From Nemertoderma westbladi (lineage: Eukaryota > Animalia > Xenacoelomorpha): DNA of 64,000 bases. Positions 45,321 to 59,237 of this stretch are shown here, piece after piece. The DNA is taken from assembly GCA_032718475.1 (NCBI GenBank), contig JAUCBJ010006816.1, forward strand, positions 60,162 through 124,161. Direction: 5' to 3'. Position 1 is the first letter of the stretch. Every line of letters starts with the position of its first letter. Below the pieces are notes generated by a model. It had not been told where the DNA came from. It worked only from the letters and a program-made list of their open reading frames with translations, and did not search any database. The translations under genes and the position numbers were made by a program.

Positions 45321-47336
45321 AGCTAATTAATATATCGTTTCTATGTTAATTTAATAATTATGGGAAAGGAGCAGGTTACAGTGGTAATGTTTCTAAACAA
45401 AACATAAAATCCCCCATTATCTGTCTGAATCACAATATAATAAACAAATAATTTTCACTCATTATTTAACAGAATTTGAAAACTCCAGAAAATTTTACCC
45501 TATTTTTTTCACTGTCTTTTAGTTTAAATTAAACTACAAATTGTTTATTTAACTTAACATTATTTTTCCAATTGAAATAATAGTACTAAGGAGAAATTTA
45601 AAAAAATAACAATTCTTCATATATAAAATTCCAATCGAATTTCGAACGAATAGTGAAAACCTGGTATTCTTCACATGGGCGAAAATTACTATATAGGCCT
45701 ACATCTGTGCAAGTTGTAATGCAGTACAGTATATACTGGTTTATAAATAGTAATTCCAAAAAATCTAAGTATCAGTGAAATTAATGTAGTAAATTAATTC
45801 AAAGAAAATATTTAGGTGATGAATAAAGAAAAATGTTAATAAAATAAATGAAACCCGAAGAAACCGTAAAAGGGAACAGGAAACTGATTAGGTGATTTAA
45901 TACTTTAGTATGCTGATACCAGATGGCCTAAGCAAATAATGTAGGAAGCGTCCTACTCTCTTTACACAAGGTATACTAACCAACCGCACTCTCTGTTCAC
46001 TCAGCTAAACCAACCATCCGGGCTGATTCAATCACCCAAACTTCACACAAAGATGATGCAAATAAAAGCCAGCAGATATTCATTCTTATTGTTGTATTAA
46101 AGCTGTAAGGGTAGCAGGGCAGGTATTGGGTTGCTATGAAAACAACACACCAATCATATGTGTTAACCTTGGAAACAGTAGAATAACCTCAAACACATTG
46201 AGAGATTAATATTCTAGGAATAGTGTATCTTATACTCGTCTCTTCACATAGCTGAGCTTCCGTTGCCACATAGAGAGAACAAGGGACATGGTAGCAAGGA
46301 GCGTTGGGAGCCACTAATTGGACTTATTCGCATCCCAAGGTTTCATCGCGATGCGATTCCAGGCAAAGCGACTCCAGGGCGCGCATTAAATTAAATTTAA
46401 ATGATGTGCACTCCAGCGATAGAATTTCAACTTATAATTGGCGTTTGTTTGATTTTGACATCTCGTGATTACTACAGTATTGTTACAGTGACGGTGTTTT
46501 CTAACCAAAACAATGAACAACTATACATTTCTTTCACTTGCGATCAATGTGCGCCACTATTGACAACGTTTGAGGTGTTGATGTTTTTATAAGATTTCTT
46601 CATGTCCACAGTTTCGCGGTTTTCATGGTAAACAGAATCAAGTAGTCAAGTATCAAGTATACTTAAATCCACAACTTATAGGATTATGCTAACTTTGATC
46701 CAATGACACTAGTACACGGGCCGCGCAGCACGTGACATAAAGTGTCTTATATAGTGTTCAGTGTATAAAGTGTTCAGTGTCAACTCAAAAGAATAATGCC
46801 AAATTTTAAGTTATAGTGACGGTGATGGTTTCGTGTGGTTATTTACACTACCCTTTCATTTTAGCGAGTGGTTAAAGGCGGCCAAGTACTGTAGGGTTGA
46901 GCACAGAGGAAGCATATTATGATGGTATTGACAGGTCCCGAGTCACACACCGTTAGCATCGGCCGATAGGGTGTTAAATATATTACCATTAGAGGGCGTT
47001 AAGTGTATATGTTCCGGGTGTTCCATAATGTTGCCCCCCCCCCAGTACAGACACGACAGTTCCGATATCGGTTAACAGTCAAGTTATATACCATTCGATA
47101 GGGAATTTAATTTCGGATCTCTGTGCAAAATTTCATGTTATTATACCGCGGATTTCGACCGCAGTGAATCAATTTATAATGCGTTGACATTTGTTTGTAC
47201 AATATTTTCATACAAAATTTATGCTTGAAAATAATTATGTTTTCTTATATGTTATAATTAATTATTACTTAATTACTTACTATAATTAATTGAACGGCAT
47301 GGAAAAGCACAATAATTAATATTTGAATGGTTATGG

Positions 47337-47967
47337 TGTAAAAGCTTTTGCGGAATTAACCGGTTATTTTCCCCGTAAAGTACTCTGTAGTTGGTTTAAC
47401 AGGCATAAAAGGCCGTATCCTTACTGTACTAGTGTTTTAGGGGACATAAAAGCTATTTCTTCTGTATGTGTACTTTAGCGGACATAATTACCAATTCTGT
47501 GACGCAATGCGCTAGATCCTCTTGAAACAGTGTAGTTACTATGACGACAGCTAACAGCTGAGCTGTACACGTGTAGCTTTTCCCTTGTTCTCTGGTGTTT
47601 CTTTGTTCGGTCAACCAATCAGAGCGATTCTCCTGCTTTTTATACAGAAACCTCCGAGAAATCGCGCAATGCATTATGGGTCAATGTTTACATTTTGTCC
47701 TGAGCCTAGAAGACCGGCTTTTGGAATCTCTGTGTTTTCAGTCTTTAGCCCAACATTAGTAGGCTTAATTATAGAACGTATATCTGTTATCACACTTAAC
47801 GCATCTCACTAAACATATCAATCAAACTTAACTTAACATTTTACTGCTATTTACTGTCGGTTATTCATTATATATGTTGATGGAATATTATTATATTTGG
47901 AATACCGATAAATGATTACAAACCCTCGATCTTCTTGATATACTGAAGGTTAGAGAGACCGGTTACA
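47337..47967 (+). repeat. Probable 5' LTR of BEL-2B (TGTAA...TTACA, 631 bp)
   Basis: Homology to copy A starts at TGTAAAAG; CCAATCAGAG ~47615 and TTTTATACAG ~47637. Inner end inferred. Confidence 0.7.
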
Positions 47968-50762
47968 TATAACGATTGCGACTTACATTAAAGTGGTTTG
48001 AAGTGAATCTAATGCTATTTCATAGGCACTACATGTATTGTCTGTTGTTCTCTTTATATGTGACTAAAATTAGTGAAGGTCGGCAGATCAGTGTGCAGCA
48101 TTGTGCAGTATTGTGTATGATTGTGACTGATAACAAAGCATCTCCTAAAGAATGCGCCATATACGTGAATCTATAGCCATCCCGTTGTGTCTAGTTTAAG
48201 TCATAACTCTGTTTACATATTTAGAGCGCCACGTCCTAAAGGAACTGTTAATATTTCCCGAAAGTGAATAATATTTGTCAGAGATTATATATTACGATCA
48301 GTCGAATAATACAGTAGGCCTACCCCGCAATACGGTTAGGCTTCCGAATCCAGTCTCCCGGGTATATCCAGCGGGTGAATGATCGCGCATAGACTGGCTT
48401 CGGCTAATGTAGTGTATCAAATACTTGTCATAGGCTAAAGACGATCTATTATCTAAAAGACATCCCAATTTGGCAGGTTAAACTGCTAAAGGTCTGAAAG
48501 CGCGAACAATAACAGATATATTCGTCTAATTGCAGTGTAGGCAATAAATACAGTTTGATATTGTTCTGGTAAGAACAATAACAGATATAGCTTCTGTATT
48601 GCAGTAGGCAATAACGCTGAAGTACCGGACAACCGGTACCTAGTAGGCCTGACTACCTAACCACCCTGACCGGTACCTACAGCAGTACAGGTACAGCAGT
48701 ATTATTCGATTGTGATATTGTATACCAGTAGGCTGTTTAGGAGATTAGGGACTGTACACCCCTTGTTTCTTTTGGAGCTTACTTATTTCTGTCAGTTTTA
48801 TTTATTTGTAGGCCAATATTGAGCAGAAGGTGTGTAAGCCTGCTCAGATTATACAGATAATTTGTAGGCTGGACTGTTGTCTGACTGTTGTTAAGTCTGA
48901 AGAGACTGTAGTGTGTGTAGAGCGTATGTCCGAAAAAGTACTAGTTAGGAAAGTAGGGGCTGCCAGTGCTGTGAGGTGAACCCCCTCGAAAGAATAAGTC
49001 GTACTACTCGGTTAGAACGCATACTAACTAACCATTTCGGAGTCTGCATATACTGTAATGTATTTGGGCTTGATAGTAGTCTGCCAGCGTTTGGTCTGTA
49101 CTTTGTTTGTGTAGTTTGTACGGGTAGCATAATATTTCTTATTTAGATAATTTGTAGGCTGGATTTTGTCTGGCTGTTGTTAGGTCTGAAGAGATTTCGG
49201 TGTGTGTAGAGTGTATGTCCGATAAAGTGCCAGTTGGGAACGTAGGGGCTTCCAGAGCTGTGAGGTAAACCCCCTCGAAAGAATAAGTCGTACTACTGGG
49301 TTAGAACGCATACTAACTAACCATTTCGGAGTCTGCATATACCGTAGTTTGTTTAGGCTTGATAGTAGTCTGTCAGTATTTGGTCTGCATTTTGTTTGAG
49401 TAGTCTGTACGCGTAGCGTAATATTTATTATTCAGAGTTTATGCGATTATTCGCAACATTCATATCCCCAAGTTAATTCCTACAGTAATTGTGCTTGTTA
49501 TATATACCGTTATAGTTAAACTAACCCCGGTACTACATCAGGGCTGCTTGGCGTAGGTAAAGACTGATGATTTTGTGCCCCGGTCACTCCAGCAGATACC
49601 GTGGTTCTTTTAGCTGTTCAAGTATTTGTAACTACTGATTATTTGTTGTATAAGTACTTGTACCTAATTTAGGGTTTAGTGTACAGTGCTTTCCGAAGGT
49701 GATTAGTGTGGGCAGTATATTTGTGTTGTAAAGTGGTTAATAGGCACATTGGTTCTGGTAGACCGCGGTAATTAACTTCTAGGTAGGAACACTCCGTGAT
49801 ACATAACGTAGTACTTATAGCGATACGGCTATAAGTCGTCAGACGGTGGTATTTTCCTATCTGGACAACGCAGTATATTTACTACTACTTATTATTTTCA
49901 AATACCGTAGTACCCTGTCCTTTGTAATAACCAGATATTCTAACCCTTTGTTAGGCTGGTTTGTAGACTTCTTGTAAAATTACCCTAAAAATTCGTACTT
50001 GTAATTTTTGTGTTTATTTAGAGATTGTAATCTCACCCCGAATTGTATGTAATTTGTAGTATTAAGTAACTTAGGTAAATTAGAATTATTTGTTTTAGTG
50101 TCCCACAAGTAGCACTTCACTGAGAGCGCACAACTTCTGTGTAGTGACTCCCCCAGAAATAATAACATTTATTTCAAATATTGACAAAACCCATTTTAAC
50201 GGGTATATATATTATAAATCAACTCAAACAGATTTATAAAAGAGTAGGCCTGCCATACAACAATTAGGTCTCAATATCAGTTGGACTACTGCTCAAATAA
50301 CGGTAATAAAGTAAGTAAAGTAACCAAGTAACCCCTAAAAATTCAGAAATTCAATTATTTAAAATAATTGACATACCGGTATTCGCGATAGGCTTATTAA
50401 ATTTATTTCTATAAATTTAGGCTAAATTATATACCGGTATTCTGTGATTAATTCTAGTCTGTAATTATACTTATATATATACACTATAAGTATAAGCTGT
50501 ATACCGGTATTCACGATAGGCCTATTATATATTTATATATATTTGTGCTGAAATTACATACCGGTATTCTGTGACAAACCTAGTCGGTAATAATACTTAT
50601 ATGTACTATAAGCATACCGGTATTCTAATATATTATATATATATATCAAGTTACATTTAGTGACGATATCGGTAATTAATTACTAGGCTATCAGTTGATA
50701 CTGAATTACTAGATTTGCTTTAACTGTAACATAGCAGTAGACATTCAACTGTGCAAACAAAC

Positions 50763-53700
50763 ATGTCTGACACAAAGCAAAACCTGTCAGACAGTCTCTT
50801 AGATACAACCATCTGTGACCCAGACAGGAGTGTGGAACATGTGAGACCGAAGTTCAACTCACCTCCTACTGTAAGAAAGATCATTCCCCCAGTAGTAATA
50901 TCAGAACCTAGGCTGGTCCAACACCGTAGGTCTGTCATAGGCACTAGAGCTCAGGTCAAGCGGGGCCAAGAAGCAGCAGAACAGCAACCACCCGCGAGCT
51001 GAGAACTTATTACTCAGCAGCCCGACAGCTCCAGTAGTGTGGATACTGTAGAGCTGACACCCGAGCACGGAGCAAAGATGACAGATGCGGTTTATTCGGA
51101 TCCCCTTCTCATCCTTCCTGCAGCCGTACTCACTAGGTTATTGATTGCGGTGGAGAAACACCAGATTGATTGGGCGAGAAGTAAGCGATCGACTAAGGAT
51201 AGTTATGCGGGATACTCAAGGGAAGAACTGAAGTCTATTGTCGAGTCGCAATGGAACTTCCCCGGACCTGGACTCCCGTTTGATTTATCGGAAGCTGCCT
51301 GGGAAGACATACACAGGATGGGAGTAACCAAGGAAACCATCGATCCAGCTGTGTGGAAGAGGTCCGCAGCCGGATACGTACAGGGATTCTTCAGCTCCAT
51401 TTGGCGATTAGAAGAACAATTGTTTGGACAACCACAAGGACCTCAAGAGCAGGGAGATCTGCTTTATCAAGTTCGAGAAAGAATTCTAAGAATCAGACTA
51501 ATCCTATCGGCCTTTGAGGAGGCTTCGAAAAGAAGACAAGACACATCGTTGCAAGTTGCCGTAAAGACTTGGTTACAGCGGGTGAGTCTCCAAGTTCAAA
51601 GAACTGCCCCTTGGAAATCTCAGTTATCTGAGCGCTCAACCCATGAAGAATCCACAGACGCTACATTTTCCCAAGTGGAAAGTGAAGCGACGGTAGAGAA
51701 GCCGCATAAGAGGGATGCTATTGATATCTATCTGTCGGACTATCAACGTTTTGTAGGAAATGAAGAGTTGAGGAGAAGGTTAGATGGACTTAGCCCTAAC
51801 AGTGAAGGAGCCAAGCTTGTGTTGGACGCAATCAATGTGGATATGAGAGCTGCGAACCAAGCTGAATTTGATGAACGCCTCCGCATCACTAGATTCCAAG
51901 AAGAACAAGTAAAGAAAAAACGTATAGAAGACAGAAAGATAGCAGCAGCGGCAGCAGCGGAGGCAGAGGCAGAAAGAAAAGCAGCAGCGGCAGCAGTAGA
52001 AGCAGAAAGAAAAGCGGCAGAAGCAGAAAGAAAAGCAGCAGCGGCAGTAGTAGAAGCAGAAAGAAAAGCGGCAGAAGTGGAAAGAAAAGCGGCAGCGGCA
52101 GCAGTAGAAGCAGAAAGAAAAGCGGCAGCGGCAGCAGTAGAAGCAGAAAGAAAGCGAGCAGTGGCAGAAGCAGAACGAAGAGCAGCTGAAGAGACCACCC
52201 AACTGGAGTTGGAGGATATTCAGGAGAGTCGGGACTGCATAAATAAACAGTTAACAGCTAGTCAAATGCAGATGATGAGTCGATCTACTCCCAAGAGACA
52301 GGGTTTTACATCATCAGATGAGGGTGATACAACATATCCTGAAGGCGGAGGAAATCGATCTCGTCTCAGCAGATGTCGAAGAATGTCCCAACGTCAGAAA
52401 TTGCCTGATTTGCTCCCAACTGTTCGAAAACAACTAGCTAGCACAGACTTAGGTAGTACAGAACCCCTAGACCAAATTATTAAAATAGACAGACTCCCTA
52501 CTATAGTAGATGAGCCTGAAATAATTAGGCCTGTTCTCGAAGCCACCACTTTGGTGATAGAGACACCTGTACTCCCAAAACCTACCTCTAGATTCCCTTT
52601 GCATAGCACTAAGCTACCTGTGCCCAGCAGAACAGCCCAAGAGACAGTTCATGTCCTGGACTCCGAGCGAAATATTAATGATTTCTCGCCCGTTGTCCCT
52701 CGTCTGCCCGCTACAACGTTGGCGGCTCCCGCTTCGGCGGTCGAGTGGGTGGATGAGAGACGGCGGGGGATGGATCTCCTGCTCGGGCAGATGCATGAAA
52801 CTGTTAAGCAGTTCAAGGGCACAGTAAGGGAAAGTAGGTTAGAGTTGCAAGAAGTGCAGCAAAGTATCGCATTAGAACGCGATAAATTAGTAAATACACA
52901 AAAGGGTATACCACCACCCCCTGTAACAATGTGTCAACCTGTTAGGTCGGAAGTATTTCATGCGCAAGGTGTGGAGCCTACACGCATCTATACTGCTAGC
53001 GAAGTGGAAACTCCTATAGTAAACCCTATTAAGGGTAATTATAAACCTGTTGACAATGATATTCCATATAGACCTGATCATAATCCGAGAAATTTATATA
53101 CCGATAACTCGATATTAAATAACACGATGGCCCAAGAAAGTTTTACGCGTCAAATGGCTAGAACCGAAGCTTGTCAAGCGGTAAAGGTGGGAGAGATAGT
53201 CAAGTTCAATGGAGATGAGATGAAATGGTTACCTTTTAATGAATATTACAAAGATAACATACAGAACTCTGTGCTATCTAATGGAGAGAAACTTAGATTC
53301 CTCATTGAGTGCTTGGAAGGATCTCCCAAGTTAATGGCGTTAAAATTTATTGGACATCCAGACGGATTAAGACAAGTTTGGGATACACTAAACATCAGGT
53401 ATGGTAATAGGAATAACATAGCTAAATATTTGTATGCAAAATTAGTAGCGCCCCGAAAGTTCATTAGCAGCGGGATAATAGAGTTTTCCGATGAGATTCA
53501 AGAGATCTGTAGACAATTAGATTGGCTAGGTAAGTCTCATGAATATCAGAGTTCTATGGTTATTGGAGCCGTGGCTTCTACTTTACCGAAGGGTGGAGTA
53601 GGTACACGCTGGGATAAGAAAGTGTTATATATGATGGAACAGCAACGACGAGACCCTACCATGGCTTATCTCATGTCATTCTTAGATGGAGAAGTGAAAT

Positions 53701-54240
53701 TACAGCTCCTAAAGCAGTCCAGAGAGAAGATACCGGAAAACAAGGTAAGTGAGAAACCCGTTTCTAGGAGAAAGGTAACACCAGTGTGTTATACAGACGA
53801 CGGTGAAAGCCAGACTTCTCAATGAGAGGATAGCGGGAAAGACACTGAAAGATCTTATTATGTCAATAAAACACCTAAAGAACAGGTAAGTAAATTCAAG
53901 TCTCGAACCAATGACAGGAGAGAACAGGTAAGAAAAACTCCTCCTACGTCCCCCAAGAGAATTCAGGTGAAAAGGCCCGAAGAAAGAACGAGTGTGCACA
54001 ATGTTATTCAAAATAAGGTAAGTAGCATCAAACCGAAATGTGCGCTATGTGACGGGACCCACCGTTTGAATATGTGTGATGAATTCCTGAAGAAATCATT
54101 AACGGAGAGACGGGAAGTCATGTGGGATAAGCGGTTGTGTTATAATTGCCTCAGACAAGGACACCAACGGCGAACCTGTTACTCCGACACAAGGTGTGCA
54201 AAGTGCGGTGTGAAACATCATCTTGTTGCACACTGAATTC
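50763..54240 (+). pseudogene. gag: BEL-2B gag (stops at 51000-51002 and 53823-53825; DUF1759; three CCHC knuckles)
   Basis: CALCDGTHRLNMC, LCYNCLRQGHQRRTC, CAKCGVKHH; copy A has sense codons at the stop positions. Confidence 0.9.
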
Positions 54241-57200
54241 GAGCGAAACAGCCAGAGTCAGGTAAGTGATTCCGAACTACATGTCCAATTCAGTGATGTG
54301 AACGACACTGACCAAAGTTCTGAGATGGAAGGATTCTATACGGATGAATTCTCCGACGAAGATGAATCCTGTTACATGATAAATACCGCAGTGTATCGAG
54401 CACTTACGTATGGAAAAGACACAGACAGTGACCTCACCCTAACTACTTCTGATCGACAACCATCTTGGAAAGCACCAACTTCCAATGTAGGAATCCGAGA
54501 ATTTCCTGTAGTACAGTTAAGGGTCCACGGACCTAAAAGGAGTTATATAGAGAACGCCCTTCTTGACTCCGGTAGTACAGGAACATTCACCAACATTCTG
54601 GCCCTTCCCGTAGAACTCTCATGGAAAGATTACCGAAAGATCAGGTATATCAGGTAAGAGAATGGGAGGTTGAGAGCAGTGAGTTAGACGATCCAACTGA
54701 GGGAACACCATACTCCTCAGATAATGACGATGTCCACCAACTCTTCGATGAGGAGAATACCATTGATCTCCTTAAGGAAAACGAGACTTGGCAAAACCAA
54801 GTGAACTTATGTCAGCTACTCCGTCCATCAGAACGCGACGACTATAACGACGAACTGAATGACGTCATTGAACGTTGTAATGCCAAGACTCGGGATGAAC
54901 ATGCCGTACGATTCTTTACTCAAGAGGCTGTAGAGCCCAATTCCTACGATAAGGCCCTATCGGTAGAAGAAGAAAGAGCCAAGCAGATCCAAGAGACAAC
55001 TACACGTTTTCTTAAAGATCAAGGTAGATATGAAATCGGTCTACCTTTCCGAAAGCGAGAACCAAAGTTCATAAACAACAGACCCTTGGCGGAGAAAAGA
55101 ATTGCTCAACTACATCGACGCCTTACGGCAAATTCTTCAGCTAAAGAAATGTATCAAACGCAGTTGAGGAAATTTATTAGCAAGGGATATGCGGAGCGAG
55201 TGCCGGAAGAAACACCTATAACTGAGAGAACGTATTATTTAACTCACCATTACGTTCCCAAACCCGGTAAACCCCATGAGGTACGAGTGGTGTTTGACGG
55301 CTCCGCCCTCTATATGGGCCAATCCCTTAATTCTGAATTGTTACCCGGACCCAACTTACTCCAATCCTTGTTGGGAATACTTTTAAGATTAAGACAATAT
55401 TCAATCGCTTTCGCCTCAGATATAGAAGGCATGTTCTTACAAGTCAAGGCGCTAGATAGGGATCGAGATAGCCTACGATTTCTGTGGTGGCCTGAAGGAG
55501 ATCTCAACCAGAAACCGGTGGAGTACTGGATGACCATCCAGGCTTTTGAGATAATCTCAAGCCCTTCAAACGCCTGTTCAGTGGTACGCACCACTGCGGA
55601 TGACAACCGAGAAGCCTTCTCTAAAGAGGTGATTGACAACATCAAACGGGATATATACATGGACGACAATCTAAAGTCCCTTCCATCAGTCGAAGAAGCC
55701 ATTGATGTCGCTAAAGGAACGGTAGAATGCTTAAAAAGAGGTGGATTTCGATTAACTAAATTCAACAGCAACTCCCGTGAGTTTCTGGAGTCGATCCCAG
55801 TAGAAGATCGAGGAGCGAAAGACCTAGATCTAATCAAAGATGATCTTCCAGAAACCAAGACACTTGGTTTGAAATGGGACACAGAGAGAGATATCCTGTT
55901 TTTCCAGCTAAAACAGCGAGACAATCCAGTTCGGACTAAACGGATTTGTTTAAGTATCCTGAGCACTTATTTCGATCCATTGGGATTTATTAGCCCAGTT
56001 ATATTGATTGCTCGGAGTTTAGTACAACAAATGTGGCTTGAAAACCACTCATGGGACGTTCCACTTAAGGGAGAATTATTAAAGAAGTGGATGAAATGGG
56101 AAGATTCTCTACCAGCCATCGAGAACTTTATAATTTCCCGTTCATATTTTGGTCATGTTCTCCCTACGTATTCCTATCAACTCCATGTGTTTGGAGACGC
56201 CAGCAATATGGGAATAGGTATAGTAGCCTACCTAAGAGTGGAAACTCCGGATGGAATCAAAGTCGCCTTGGCTACCTCTAAGGCATTGATAAACAACAAG
56301 TTGAAAGTTCCTCGAGCGGAGTTAAAAGTGGCTCTATACGCTACAGCCATCGGCCGGAATGTAACAGAACAGATCAATTATCCGTTGGAGAAAACTGTCT
56401 ATTGGACCGACGCTTTACTCGTGTTGGAGTATATAACCAATGAAGTCTGTCAGTTCAGCGTCTTCGTTACCAACAGAGTAGCTATTATACTCAGTCGCAC
56501 AACGATGGATCAATGGAGACATTGCCCCGGAACGATCAATCCAGCAGACATCGCCTCCAGGGGAGCTACTCCACAAGAACTGGTAGATACTCCAGACTGG
56601 TTAGGTGGACCTGACTTTCTCTACAAAGAAGAAGAAGAATGGCCTCCTCATCTTACTACAGCAGAGATTAGACAGGCCAAGGGAGCGGAGAAAGTCAAAC
56701 CTAAAACTCGAGCGAGTAAATCGAAGTTATTTAAACCTATGGTAGATCTGTCTGTACTACATACTTCCGGAGATGACGCTTTGGATCAGAAACCCACAGC
56801 CACAAATAAGTCTGTAGTGGAAATCCGTGAGAAGGATTGGAAATCTGGAATACCAGACGTCTCGCAAGGACTCTCACCTCTCCTGCAGAAAGCGATACAT
56901 CACTACAGTTCCTGGAATCGGCTCTGTAAGGCCGTTACATATTTAAAAAGATGTTTTCATCATCACTACTCCGGGACGAAGACCAATAGTGATACCGCTC
57001 CACTAACATCGGTGCAGGTCCATGTTGTTAAAGATCTTCCCAAATATAAGATATCCGACAGGTTTCTGAAGGAGAAGATCAGTTATCAGGAGCATGAAGA
57101 AACCAACAAGCAGATGCTGAGACTCCTGCAATGCTATGAGGATTCCGATAAGTATTTTCTGTTGTTGAGAAATCCACAAATGCGCTTAAGGGATCGTTTC

Positions 57201-57441
57201 TCTAGCACAATGATAGATGGGTTGATACGTGTTGGAGGAAGATTAACGAATGCTCCATTATCCTTTGACACTAAGTTTCCCATACTCATTAGAAATCTTG
57301 AAATACAAGTCAAGATGATTGTAGATGTTCACAGCAAACTTTATCATGCTGGTAGAGAACGAGTTCTTAGCGAAATTCGAACTCGCTATTATTTTTATAA
57401 ACCCCGTAGAGCTCTGAACCAAGTTCTTAGGAACTGCATAC
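54223..57441 (+). pseudogene. pol: BEL-2B pol: truncated protease (LLDSGS), RT (YMDD), RNase H, start of integrase; frameshifts and deletion
   Basis: YYLTHH, VVFDGS, SDIEGMFLQV, YMDD, FDPLG, FGDAS, NPADIASRG, IRVGGRL, H..H..C. Confidence 0.92.
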
Positions 57442-57664
57442 TGTCGTGACCTCATAACAAACTAGATGGCTCGCCCCAATATACTTTATGGACCTACCGT
57501 AGCTGGTTATGGGGTACCGGTACTTAACACTGCAGCACTGTAAGACATTATACTGATATACTTAATTCTGTAATTATATGGAAGTAGCCAGATCGATTAA
57601 CCTGTACTTAACACTGCAAGGCCTATCACAGTATCAGTATTCTGTATATCATTGAAACATAATA

Positions 57665-57680
57665 TGGCGCATCGTGCGGC
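57665..57680 (+). other. Primer-binding site, resembling tRNA-Ser(UGA) complement (degenerate)
   Basis: TGGCGCATCGTGCGG compared with the expected TGGCGCAGCGAGCAGG, directly after the LTR. Confidence 0.6.
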
Positions 57681-57740
57681 TGGCCGGTATGGTCAGTTGA
57701 ACTAACGTGGGAGTTAATTCACATAAGATTAACAACCGTA

Positions 57741-59234
57741 ATGGCAACGTCGATAGAACCGGAGGACTGGCTGGATCTAAACGCAGCTCAGATAGAGCTA
57801 CTGGAATGCCCCGCGTTAAAACAACATTGCAGCAACGCCGGGGTCCCGTTCGATCCAAAAACGCCATCAGCAACTCTCCGTAAACGACTAATAAAATCGG
57901 TAAACGAGCAGGAAGATTCGAGCGAGGGGGAAAAACAAACTCCTCCGGATTGGACTCAAATCCTTCAGTACATGGAGCGTCAACGCGCAGCTGATCGGGC
58001 GGAAGAACAACAGCTCCACCTTGAGGAGGAACGTCGACGCGAACAACGGGACGAGGAACGGGAGCTTCGATTACTGCAACTCCTGCAACAACCTGGCGGA
58101 CAGTCTGCAGGTCGCCGCGAGGATAACGCCCCGCGGAACAACGGCGGTACAACCGCGGCCGCTAAACTAACAGCCAGAACACCGGATAAACTCGAGGTAG
58201 ATTATAGCTACCACCGTTTCGTGCGCTGGGAGAGGCAGTGGCTGAACTACGGCCGTATCGTCCACCTGGAACAAAAATCGAGGGAAGACCAGGTAGCTAT
58301 ATTTTTCAGCAACTGTTCCCCCGAGTTCCTCAACCGGATCCACCACCGACTAGATATTCCCACAGATACGACAAAAACTCTAACAGAAATCATCGATGAT
58401 ATACGGCAATATCTCCGGGCAGAACGCAACATCGTTGTGGATCGGCACCAACTGGTACAACTTAAACAGGAACCAGGTCAGACTTTCGATGATTACTATG
58501 TCAGACTGCTCGAGTTGGCACAAGATGCCGACCTAGACACGATGAACCGTGACGACTGGATAAACACCCTCATAGTTCGGGGAATTCAGGACGATGAAAC
58601 AAGGGAGGAAATATTCGCTAAACGTCCTCCACTAACTCGGGAATAAATCCTAGACTTCTGCCGATCGCGCGAAGTTGCCGCTCACGATAATAAACTCATT
58701 CGCGAGCAACGCATTAATGCTGTCCAGCATACAACCTCGGCCAATCAGTGGCGAGGTCGGAGTCGCTATAAGAAGAAGAGTAACTACCAGCGCTCCAAGT
58801 CCGCCATATCTACAGACAGGAACCGGGGTACCTCTAACTACAACGTACGGGAAACAATCCACCAAGTGAAACAGCGGGGGGGATGCTTAAACTGCGGGGG
58901 TCAGTACCCCCACCCGGATAATAACCCCTGTAAAGCAACTAACATTGACTGTCATAAATGTGGTAGAATGGGACATTTCGGATCAAAATGTCTCCAATCA
59001 AAATTTGGCGGAAAAACCAGCGGGGCCATAATAATCTCGAACATTAATAAACCGCTCATAGCCGTAGACTTCTTGAAATCTGGCGTATGGACGGGTAATA
59101 AACTGTGCGTGGCAGACACAGGTGCAGAAGTTGTGGTAGCGGGCGACGCAATCCGCACAGAATGGGGACTTAAAAATTGCAAACTCATCCCAGCAGACTC
59201 CCCACTCACAGCTGTTACTGGTAGCCCAGTTTAA
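57741..59234 (+). pseudogene. gag: Gypsy gag + protease (frameshifted; CCHC knuckles; ADTGA)
   Basis: QEPGQTFDDYYVRL..IVRGIQD; CLNCG..HP...C; CHKCGRMGHFGSKC; VADTGAEV. Confidence 0.88.
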
Positions 59235-59237
59235 TGT

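Larger units (their letters stand above)
47337..57441 (+). mobile_element. BEL/Pao element 'BEL-2' copy B (5' LTR, ~2.8-kb leader, disrupted gag-pol), cut by Gypsy within the integrase zinc finger
   Basis: Homologous to copy A; BEL gag and pol motifs; ends at RNCI|TGT of the Gypsy LTR. Confidence 0.93.

Noticed and set aside
20813-47336. Composite transposon or single inverted element capturing the CNG gene
   Set aside because: The flanks of the two LTRs are unrelated, the copies have diverged independently, and the gene retains its introns.
57437-57441. Shared target preference (CATAC here vs CATAT at 8657; both insertions in zinc-finger codons of BEL-2)
   Set aside because: Two different integrases, only two events, and the partner TSDs are outside the window; coincidence is likely.
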